Positions 53,006 through 60,279 of a stretch of 64,000 bases of DNA are shown piece after piece. The notes below the pieces were generated by a model. That model had not been told where the DNA came from. It saw nothing but the letters and a program-made list of their open reading frames with translations, and searched no databases. The stretch is from the IMG/VR virus record IMGVR_UViG_3300013014_001174, positions 1 through 64,000 of that record; one strand, written 5' to 3'. The stretch is from a virus. Each line of letters starts with the position of its first letter. The first letter of the stretch is position 1. Made by a program: the position numbers and the translations under genes.

Positions 53006-54247
53006 ATGAAACAAAATATCAATGAAGAATTAAATTATATAAAATATCTTTTAGGTTATCAAAAAGGTGTTGTAATTTCCGAACAAACAACACCAGCGTC
53101 TGATACACCAATGCAACCACAAGCACAAGGTACACCAGTATCAGAACCAACTCAAGGTGGTGATGGATGTATTCCATTAACAATTAGTGGTAATTTTAAC
53201 CCTAAAAAATCAGATTCCACAGAATATTTAACAAACATAATTAGCCAACTTGACGCTCAAATTAAAAGTAAACCAGAATTTCAAGGTGGATCGGTAACAA
53301 GTATAAGAATTATTGGCGGTGCTAGTAATGTGGATAATGGTATTAAATCTGATTTTACATTAAATAATGATTACACACCAAGTGGTACAACACCGAAACA
53401 AACTAAAGAGTTTCAAAATAATATGAGTTATGCTCAAGCAAGAATTGATGCTTCTAAACAGCCAATATTAGATGAATTAAAAAAAGTTGGTTTAACTGTT
53501 AGTGTTGAACCCACAACCGAAACTCACGTTATTGACACTGGGGGTACAAGTGACTCAAAACGTAATTCAGGCACCTACCCAAATCCTGGTCAAGTTGTTA
53601 TAATCCAGATGACTATTTGTCCGGTAAAAGATGGTGCTGGACGTGAAGATTTTGATAAATTACCATATCTGAAACCGCAATTAATACCAACAACTTCAGG
53701 AGAAATAGTAAACAGAATTGAAAATTTAATAGAATGTTATGAAAATTCTGAAATAAGGATTTTTTATGGTGATCCAAAAAAAGGTCATTGGTGTCGTAAA
53801 GCTTTATATAATGTTTATGCTAACGGTATACAATTGAAAAGGGCTGATGGTAAAGATTATGCTTCTTTAAATAATGTTGGGGATAAGTTTGATAATGCGG
53901 AAATTATTAATGGGGAGAGGAGAAAAGAATGTGGTAGAGGAAATAGATGTGGTAGAAGTAATACATTTACTTTAGATAGAATTACAAATGAATCTTTCTT
54001 TAATAAAGATGTTTTATACAAACATAATGGTGGGTTAGTTATTACTGCAGAATGTACTGATAAAGGTCAAGGATCATATGATGGTAATTCAGACTGTCAT
54101 AATGACGTTGGTAATATTTCTTTCAAAATAAAAGGACTTGGTGAAGAAGTTAAGGAAGCTTCCGATACACCAAATATGTTCAATGTACCAAAAGAAATTG
54201 GAAATTTTGCCGCTTGTAAAACATTTAAACTTCAGGCAGCTAAATAA
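53006..54247 (+). CDS. Hypothetical protein, candidate internal head protein
   Basis: N-terminal INEELNYIKYLL...VISEQ. Confidence 0.65.
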   Translation: MKQNINEELNYIKYLLGYQKGVVISEQTTPASDTPMQPQAQGTPVSEPTQGGDGCIPLTISGNFNPKKSDSTEYLTNIISQLDAQIKSKPEFQGGSVTSIRIIGGASNVDNGIKSDFTLNNDYTPSGTTPKQTKEFQNNMSYAQARIDASKQPILDELKKVGLTVSVEPTTETHVIDTGGTSDSKRNSGTYPNPGQVVIIQMTICPVKDGAGREDFDKLPYLKPQLIPTTSGEIVNRIENLIECYENSEIRIFYGDPKKGHWCRKALYNVYANGIQLKRADGKDYASLNNVGDKFDNAEIINGERRKECGRGNRCGRSNTFTLDRITNESFFNKDVLYKHNGGLVITAECTDKGQGSYDGNSDCHNDVGNISFKIKGLGEEVKEASDTPNMFNVPKEIGNFAACKTFKLQAAK

Positions 54248-54252
54248 TCAAG

Positions 54253-54834
54253 TTACTTGTTATAATGTAACTTGATTATTGCTTTATCAATTTCAGAAAA
54301 TTTATTTGTATTACAACCACCTTGGTAAAAAACACTTTCTGGATACTTCCAAGAATCATTCATTAAACCTAGAGATTGTGTAATTTCTTCACGTAATACA
54401 CTTTTTAATTCAATACCACAAAGTCTTTCATTTATGAAAATATGACTTGTGTAGATTCTTGATTGATATACAACTGTCCCAACAAAACCCAAAAATTTAC
54501 CATTTATAGTAATGTTAGCCCTTTTTTTATATTCAGAAAAATCACAAAAATAAATAAAAGTATTAGCCTCTTTTTTATCCTTAGCAATTGAAATTGTAAT
54601 TGGGTCAATAAGATTGTTTAATTCATTAATGATAATTTTTGTATACTCTTTTATTGAATCATTGTCTTCAAAATCAAAAAATATCTTTACATCGTTTTTC
54701 CATTTTACAAAATTATGACTTGAGTCCCCGTATTCAGATTTTCCGGCGATTTCGTTATAATAATGAACCACAGAATCTTGACTAAAAGTTGTGGTTACAA
54801 AAAATAAAAATAGGGTTGTTATAATTGTTTTCAT
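54253..54834 (-). CDS. Secreted DUF2927-like (zincin-like) protein
   Basis: Signal peptide; LREEITQSLGLMNDS..YPESVFY. Confidence 0.65.
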   Translation of the reverse strand: MKTIITTLFLFFVTTTFSQDSVVHYYNEIAGKSEYGDSSHNFVKWKNDVKIFFDFEDNDSIKEYTKIIINELNNLIDPITISIAKDKKEANTFIYFCDFSEYKKRANITINGKFLGFVGTVVYQSRIYTSHIFINERLCGIELKSVLREEITQSLGLMNDSWKYPESVFYQGGCNTNKFSEIDKAIIKLHYNK

Positions 54835-54873
54835 ACAACAAAGATATAAAGTTTTTTTTAATATACAAAATTA

Positions 54874-55080
54874 TTATTCTTTGATTTTAAACCAACGTTT
54901 GAATAATTTTTCCCAAACATCCATTGCCGGATTAATAGCAACGAAAAAACCAATAGCACCAACAATAAAATTACCAATAGAAGATTCTGACTCCAAATAG
55001 TATTTGAATAGCCACAAGCCAACCCAAACAATGAAGAATGAAAGGATTGAGGACAATAAGAATAAAAGAAACTTTTTCAT
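54874..55080 (-). CDS. Small membrane protein
   Basis: Two hydrophobic segments. Confidence 0.6.
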   Translation of the reverse strand: MKKFLLFLLSSILSFFIVWVGLWLFKYYLESESSIGNFIVGAIGFFVAINPAMDVWEKLFKRWFKIKE

Positions 55081-55099
55081 AATATAAATTTAAAATTTG

Positions 55100-55182
55100 A
55101 TGTCAGGGTGGGAGTCGAACCCACAATGAGCAACCATCTTTAACAGATGGGATTAGCACCGGTGCCTTTTACACTCCTGACA
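55100..55182 (-). ncRNA. tRNA-like element, identity unclear
   Basis: Acceptor TGTCAGG/CCTGACA and T arm GTGGG-TTCGACT-CCCAC; non-canonical D and anticodon arms. Confidence 0.5.
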
Positions 55183-55345
55183 AACACGACTCTTCAGCAT
55201 TCTACTCCCAGCTCCGAGGAATTGTATCTAACTTAGCCCGTTACTCACCGCTGTACAGGTACTGAAGTTCATCGTCTTTTTCTTACCGTAAAGATAACTA
55301 AAATAAAGAACATAAACAATAATCCAATCATAATTTTATTTTTTT

Positions 55346-55420
55346 TGGCGGTCCCACCGGGAATCGAACCCGGCATACTGCCGTGACAGGGCAGCGTTAT
55401 AGCCGATTAACTACAGGACC
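55346..55420 (-). tRNA. tRNA-Asp(GTC)
   Basis: Cloverleaf, loop CTGTCAC, encoded CCA. Confidence 0.92.
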
Positions 55421-55634
55421 AAAGTTTCCCCACCTGAGATTAATGGTGAGTAGATATTCACAGTTTTTCTATTTGAAAACCCAACGTGTCTTACCACTTA
55501 AAAGTCAATCCTTACTTGGGGGAGAGGAGGATTTTCCAAACCGATTCCCAATGAGTACCACATTTACGCGATAGTACCAGCTTCGTTAAGTTTTGTATGA
55601 ACTTAAAAACATCTTGAGTATCTCTCACTCATTG

Positions 55635-55706
55635 TAGTCCCACCGGGAGTCGAACCCGACTTTTCAGGATGAAAACCTGACGACCTAACCGATAGTCGAT
55701 GGGACC
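55635..55706 (-). tRNA. tRNA-Glu(TTC)
   Basis: Cloverleaf, loop TTTTCAT. Confidence 0.9.
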
Positions 55707-55717
55707 ATTTTGTTTTA

Positions 55718-55999
55718 TTACAAACCTAACATTTCACCAACTTTTTTGAAATGTTTTTCAATCTTATTCAAAGCAGCCGTAGCCTTTTGTTTGGTCTTGA
55801 AGTACACGTAGAACTGACCACTTTCAGAATCAAACTCACCTTCAATCTTTAAGACATCTTGTACAAAACTTTCAAACTCATACGCATCTTCCCAATTACG
55901 GATTGTGTTTTTGTTTGGGAATCCTGTCAAACAATAATCGGATCCTTCAATTTTTGTAATTTTTAAACCTACGGTTTTAATTGTCTCTGTGTTTGTCAT
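55718..55999 (-). CDS. Hypothetical protein
   Basis: ORF after promoter TATCTTTG (56027-56020). Confidence 0.7.
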   Translation of the reverse strand: MTNTETIKTVGLKITKIEGSDYCLTGFPNKNTIRNWEDAYEFESFVQDVLKIEGEFDSESGQFYVYFKTKQKATAALNKIEKHFKKVGEMLGL

Positions 56000-56352
56000 A
56001 GTTATTTATTTTTGTTCTACAAAGATATGTAATCTATTTTAATCTACCAAATCTTTTTTTAAATTTTTTTTGTGGGACCCGCTCCCCACTCTGAACTTGT
56101 ACTTCGTTCTTTTAAGCGTTTTTTTTAAGTTCTCCAACCAGCCAGTATTCGTGTTAACTCTAATCATTTTAACTTTTGATGACTCTGAAGTACCTGATAA
56201 AATTTCTCTCATCATTTATTCGTATTAATTGTTTATTTTTGAGCGGAAGACTTCCGCAAAATAAAAATCAACATTGCTATCAGGATTTAAACGTCGCTCA
56301 GAATACTTACTGACGCCCACTGGTTGGGTACAGTGACTAGTTGATCTTTTTG

Positions 56353-56433
56353 TACTGATGGTTGGATTCGAACCAACGTTTTAAACTTACCGCTACAGGC
56401 ATAGACGATATAAGCGTCCACTGGTACATCAGC
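56353..56433 (-). tRNA. Atypical tRNA-like gene, anticodon TAT (Ile), D-arm absent
   Basis: Acceptor GCTGATG/CATCAGT; GGACG-CTTATAT-CGTCT; T arm GTTGG-TTCGAAT-CCAAC. Confidence 0.5.
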
Positions 56434-56512
56434 GTAATCGTCAGTCTCTCCTGACCGTCACCCCTAACCCACAGGTATTACCCGTATCGTAGTAAAGCTT
56501 GGTTTGCTATAG

Positions 56513-56584
56513 TAGCGTGTCGTGGATTTGAACCACCCCGTAGACGTTATGAGCGTCCCATGCAACCAATTACACCTTCACGCG
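56513..56584 (-). tRNA. tRNA with CAT anticodon (Met-type), degenerate stems
   Basis: GGACG-CTCATAA-CGTCT; mismatches at 1:72, 7:66 and in the T stem. Confidence 0.65.
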
Positions 56585-57140
56585 ATATATCTATTTTTCC
56601 GTTATCAAACTCCCAATGATGATTAGGACATAAACCGATTAAATTATCAATTGAGTTTATGTTTCTTATTAATTCATCACCACCAAAAGACGAAACTGAG
56701 TTTATATGACAAACCTCAACATGATTAGAATATCCACATATTAAACATTCTTTTTTTGTTGTGTGTTTATTAAAAACATAATGTGCGTGTTTTCTAACTA
56801 CAGCCCTAAATTTATAATAAACTCCGTGTTTTTCATATAGTTCTTTTTTTGTCATATCTAACAAAAATTCAAACTTTTCTTTTTTTTCTTTTTTAATACC
56901 TTCAACTACTTTTTTTTCTCTTTTCAGTTCTCTAACTTTATTGTTATAAGTCGCAGAACAAGAACTATTACAAAAAGTTTTTTTTCTTACGTGTCTTGGT
57001 TTTTCACTTTCTTTAACCTCAATTATTTTACCACAATTTTTACAAATCTTTGGGTTATCATAATAATTTTTCAAAGAACGCTCTTGTAAAATTTTCTTTG
57101 TTGTTTGTGCTCCTTTCTGATATTTGTTAAGTTTTTCCAT
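56547..57140 (-). CDS. HNH endonuclease
   Basis: CKNC and FCNSSC Zn motifs; CLICG...VCHI...NLIGLCPNHH. Confidence 0.85.
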   Translation of the reverse strand: MEKLNKYQKGAQTTKKILQERSLKNYYDNPKICKNCGKIIEVKESEKPRHVRKKTFCNSSCSATYNNKVRELKREKKVVEGIKKEKKEKFEFLLDMTKKELYEKHGVYYKFRAVVRKHAHYVFNKHTTKKECLICGYSNHVEVCHINSVSSFGGDELIRNINSIDNLIGLCPNHHWEFDNGKIDISREGVIGCMGRS

Positions 57141-57223
57141 ATATATAAATATATATTAAAGCTCAAAAATACCTATCACTACAAACTTTTTTTAGAGAAA
57201 TCAACTTTATCTCCCGCGATATG

Positions 57224-57329
57224 TAGTCAAAGAAGGATTCGAACCTTCACGGAATAAGTGTAATAGTTACCTTATTCCAAGGAGTTTTGAGTATTATCTC
57301 CCAGCGTCTGCCAATTCCGCCACTTGACT
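57224..57329 (-). tRNA. Atypical tRNA-Leu(CAA)-like gene with enlarged anticodon loop and long variable arm
   Basis: Leu-type D arm GCG-GAATTGGCAGA-CGC; loop ATAATACTCAAAA; 28-nt variable hairpin; canonical T arm. Confidence 0.55.
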
Positions 57330-57560
57330 ATTTAGACTTGTAATTTAGTAGTTGACTCAAACTCTCGTTTCACCATCTTGAGTCAACAGGTTAATGCACT
57401 TTACGAGTTTCCCGTTTCTTACAACCACTTGTCTTTAACAAAGATATGTATTTTATTTCAATCTACCAAATCTTTTTTAAACTTTTTTTTTCTTGTGTAT
57501 TTCTTTTTATTACGATACACATTTGGCCTTGTTGCCATCATAATCTCCTGGTATGTAATC

Positions 57561-57866
57561 TCAATTGTTTTCATCGTTATACAATCTTTGAACGTGACTA
57601 ATTATTTTATTTATATCTTCTTTTGTTTGGAAACCTAAAACATCATTTGTTAATATTGTATCATAACAAATTTTCCAATTACCCTTCCTTCCTTTAATTA
57701 TTGCAACCTCCCAGGTTTTATCGTCTGTATAAGACGAATATCTGGTACTATAAGGATGTTTATATCTTACAACTGAAAGTCCGTATCCACCAGGAAAAAA
57801 TATCAATCCGTGAACACCATCTCCAGATGTGTGTGGTTTAAATTCTATATCATCAAATGTTATCAT
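57561..57866 (-). CDS. Hypothetical protein
   Basis: 101-aa ORF after TACTTTTG (57878-57871). Confidence 0.7.
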   Translation of the reverse strand: MITFDDIEFKPHTSGDGVHGLIFFPGGYGLSVVRYKHPYSTRYSSYTDDKTWEVAIIKGRKGNWKICYDTILTNDVLGFQTKEDINKIISHVQRLYNDENN

Positions 57867-57913
57867 AAGACAAAAGTATAAATAATTTTTTAATTATCAA
57901 AATTTCAAAGAAC

Positions 57914-58043
57914 AAAAAAACCCACCTCTTTTGGAGATGGGTTTCAAAATTTATTATGCATTAATTTATCATACCATCTCCTTATAGGAACAATCCTCAG
58001 CTATCGCCAATCCGCCTAATAATATGATATGTAAATTTTTCAT
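57914..58043 (-). promoter_or_regulatory. Putative attenuator 2: leader ORF 58043-57969 (MKNLHIILLGGLAIAEDCSYKEMV) plus terminator 57944-57914
   Basis: GGAGATGG in the last leader codons is exactly complementary to CCATCTCC in the terminator 5' arm. Confidence 0.65.
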
Positions 58044-58044
58044 T

Positions 58045-58581
58045 TTAGTATCTATTATTTCTACTTTTATCGGATTTTCCGTAATGGTGTCCCGATTGGT
58101 ATTTATCATAACCTTTTCTTTTAAACCAAGCGGCGTCTCTAAGAGTATTACTTGCTAAAGCGTAAACCCCTAAAGCTGCAGCAATTCCCCCACTTATAAA
58201 CATTGCTGCTGGAATAACTGCCAATCCAGCACCAACTGAACTATAAGTAATAATTTTATCAAGAATATTTCTTATTTTGTATTCAGTATCACCCATTTCT
58301 TCTTCATCATCTTCCGTTAATACAGACTCCAGAGAATCCTTAATCATAGATTGTAAAGATTTGATACCGTTACTTTCTATAAAATCACGTAACATATCTT
58401 GTTCTTCAGAACTCAATCGTTCTGTCGCTTTTTTACTACTTTGTTCTAATTCCATTTTTGAAACGTCCACATCTGATTCCATATCTTCAGATTGTGAAAT
58501 CCATTCTTCTTCATTTTCTTTAATCACTCGTCTAACAATTCTTGCTAAATCTGATTCTGTTAATCTAATAATTCTTTTCAT
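58045..58581 (-). CDS. Hypothetical protein with LTESDL motif and a hydrophobic segment
   Basis: MKRIIRLTESDLARIVRRVIKE. Confidence 0.7.
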   Translation of the reverse strand: MKRIIRLTESDLARIVRRVIKENEEEWISQSEDMESDVDVSKMELEQSSKKATERLSSEEQDMLRDFIESNGIKSLQSMIKDSLESVLTEDDEEEMGDTEYKIRNILDKIITYSSVGAGLAVIPAAMFISGGIAAALGVYALASNTLRDAAWFKRKGYDKYQSGHHYGKSDKSRNNRY

Positions 58582-58635
58582 ATCAACATTTTAATATAAA
58601 TATAACAGTATACAAAAAAAAACAATAAAGTTTTG

Positions 58636-58715
58636 TACCCCCGGAGAGACTCGAACTCTCACACCCTTCGGCACTGGTGTCTAAAACCAGCATGTCTGCA
58701 TTCCATCACAGGGGC
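58636..58715 (-). tRNA. tRNA-Leu(TAG)
   Basis: CTGGT-TTTAGAC-ACCAG, variable arm, T arm. Confidence 0.88.
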
Positions 58716-58724
58716 ATTTATTTG

Positions 58725-58796
58725 AGGACCTAATTGGAATCAAACCAATCTAACCGGTTTTGCAGACCGGCACCTAAATCTCTCGGCCATAGGTCC
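58725..58796 (-). tRNA. tRNA-Cys(GCA)
   Basis: CCGGT-CTGCAAA-ACCGG, U73. Confidence 0.88.
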
Positions 58797-58801
58797 TTAT
58801 A

Positions 58802-59257
58802 TTAACGGCAGTGATGATCTGCCGCTTTTGTTGCAATTTGATTGTCAGGTTTAATATTTGTTTTATAACCCAACGACGTTGCCCACCCAACAACAGGTTG
58901 AACCAATTTTGAACTGAAATGTTTTTCTTGACTATTATAATCTAAATCAATCTCAACTATCACCTTCACTTTCTGGGTTAACCATTCGGCAACCTCAATT
59001 GAATAATCGGCCTCATTCCAAAGACGTGTCCATTTGTCTTTAATTTTTTTCACTTTCTGTTTATGTAGTATGTAGTGAACACCACGATTTCCATACCGGT
59101 ATGCAATAACCGTAACATAAATTGTACTTCTTCTGTGATTTTGTGAATCTGTACCAATGTGGACCTCAACCCAGGGACATTCTTTCAGAACATCTAAGGT
59201 ATGTTTTACCACATCAGGAATTGTTTCACCGTTAACCGTTCTAAATACTCTGTTCAT
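58802..59257 (-). CDS. RNase H-like YkuK/DUF458 family protein
   Basis: HIGTDSQ, RLWNEADYS, IDLDYN, IKP...A...AD. Confidence 0.75.
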   Translation of the reverse strand: MNRVFRTVNGETIPDVVKHTLDVLKECPWVEVHIGTDSQNHRRSTIYVTVIAYRYGNRGVHYILHKQKVKKIKDKWTRLWNEADYSIEVAEWLTQKVKVIVEIDLDYNSQEKHFSSKLVQPVVGWATSLGYKTNIKPDNQIATKAADHHCR

Positions 59258-59274
59258 TATTTCTATTTATTTTG

Positions 59275-59347
59275 TGGACAGGGAGGGTGTCGAACCCCCG
59301 ACTCCAGGATCTTCAATCCTGAGCTCTACCAACTGAGCTACCTGTCC
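59275..59347 (-). tRNA. tRNA-Phe(GAA)
   Basis: CAGGA-TTGAAGA-TCCTG, canonical D arm. Confidence 0.92.
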
Positions 59348-59351
59348 AGTG

Positions 59352-59432
59352 TGGAAGTGGTAGGGGTCGAACCTACACGCCTTTCGGACTTGATTTACAG
59401 TCAAGCGAGCCAGCCAAATGCTCAACACTTCC
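59352..59432 (-). tRNA. tRNA-Tyr(GTA)
   Basis: CTTGA-CTGTAAA-TCAAG, variable arm. Confidence 0.9.
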
Positions 59433-59442
59433 TTATTATTTG

Positions 59443-59516
59443 TACACTCTACAGGGGTCGAACCTGTGACCTTTTGCGTATCAGACAAACGCTACTACCA
59501 TCTGAGCTAAGAGTGT
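59443..59516 (-). tRNA. tRNA-Ile(GAT)
   Basis: TTTGT-CTGATAC-GCAAA. Confidence 0.9.
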
Positions 59517-59586
59517 GTTTTAGTTTCTTGGAACGAAGATAACCATTTTTTGGTAATTATCGTTCTTTTTTACTAAATTTTTTTTG

Positions 59587-59657
59587 TTCCCCCGGACGGT
59601 AACGCTCCGACTTCTTTCCGTTAAAAGCGGAAAGCTTCACTTTAAAGCTTCGAGGGA
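59587..59657 (-). tRNA. tRNA-Lys(TTT), non-canonical T loop
   Basis: TTCCG-CTTTTAA-CGGAA; T loop AGCGTTA. Confidence 0.75.
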
Positions 59658-59716
59658 TTCTGTTTGTCATACTTGTCACTTTCCATAACACTTGTTTTTA
59701 TTTGTTTATTTATTAG

Positions 59717-59787
59717 TCGAATGTGTACGAATCGAACGTCTCCCGAATGTCCCAAACATCCTGTGCAACCATTACACCACACACTCG
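59717..59787 (-). tRNA. tRNA-Pro(TGG)
   Basis: GGATG-TTTGGGA-CATTC; weak T stem. Confidence 0.75.
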
Positions 59788-59802
59788 TTATTTTTTTTTT
59801 TG

Positions 59803-59887
59803 CTACGGGGGGAGGGATCGAACCTCCAATGGTAATTTACCTCCAGGGTCAAAACCTGGTGACTTTGCCTAATTCGTCTACCCCGCA
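59803..59887 (-). tRNA. tRNA-Gln(TTG) with long variable arm
   Basis: TGCGGGG/CCCCGTA with G73; CCAGG-TTTTGAC-CCTGG; variable region AGGTAAATTACCATT. Confidence 0.75.
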
Positions 59888-59895
59888 ATTTACAG

Positions 59896-59979
59896 AGGAG
59901 AGATGAGGTGTCGATCCCCATACCTTTCAGTACCAACCGTTTTCAAGACGGTGTCACAAGCCGTTGTGATTATCTCTCC
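59896..59979 (-). tRNA. tRNA-Ser(TGA)
   Basis: ACCGT-CTTGAAA-ACGGT, long variable arm. Confidence 0.85.
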
Positions 59980-60019
59980 TTTTATGAAACCAATATGTCA
60001 AAGAACTTTTTCTTTTTTG

Positions 60020-60092
60020 AGGTTCCTATCAGGGTCGAACTGATGACTCCGGGTTACAAAGCCGGGATATTACCAAACTATACTAAGGAACC
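60020..60092 (-). tRNA. tRNA-Thr(TGT)
   Basis: Acceptor GGTTCCT/AGGAACC; loop TTTGTAA; C:C mismatch at 31:39. Confidence 0.78.
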
Positions 60093-60106
60093 AAATTTTT
60101 GGGTAT

Positions 60107-60279
60107 AAAAAAACCCGAACTGTTTTGAGTCCGGGTCTTATATTCCTTTTTATTTTTGTTAATCTTTATCAACTCATAAATGAAAACGCCCTAATATGCG
60201 ACTTAAACGTAAGATACACGTTAAACGACCACTGAATGCTCGGATTACAAATGTTCATATGTTTATTAGTTGTTTTCAT
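60107..60279 (-). promoter_or_regulatory. Putative attenuator 1: leader ORF 60279-60169 (36 aa) plus terminator 60136-60107
   Basis: Promoter TATCTTTG (60340-60333), then leader ORF, then ACCCGGAC/GTTCGGGT-T6 hairpin, then tRNA-Thr about 15 nt later. Confidence 0.65.

Noticed and set aside
55100-55182. Ochre suppressor tRNA (TTA) or tRNA-Asn(GTT)
   Set aside because: The TTA reading lacks U33, the GTT reading breaks the stem, and the D arm is non-canonical; kept only as tRNA-like.
59201-60108. Short ORFs across the tRNA array
   Set aside because: They overlap clear tRNA genes and are chance frames.
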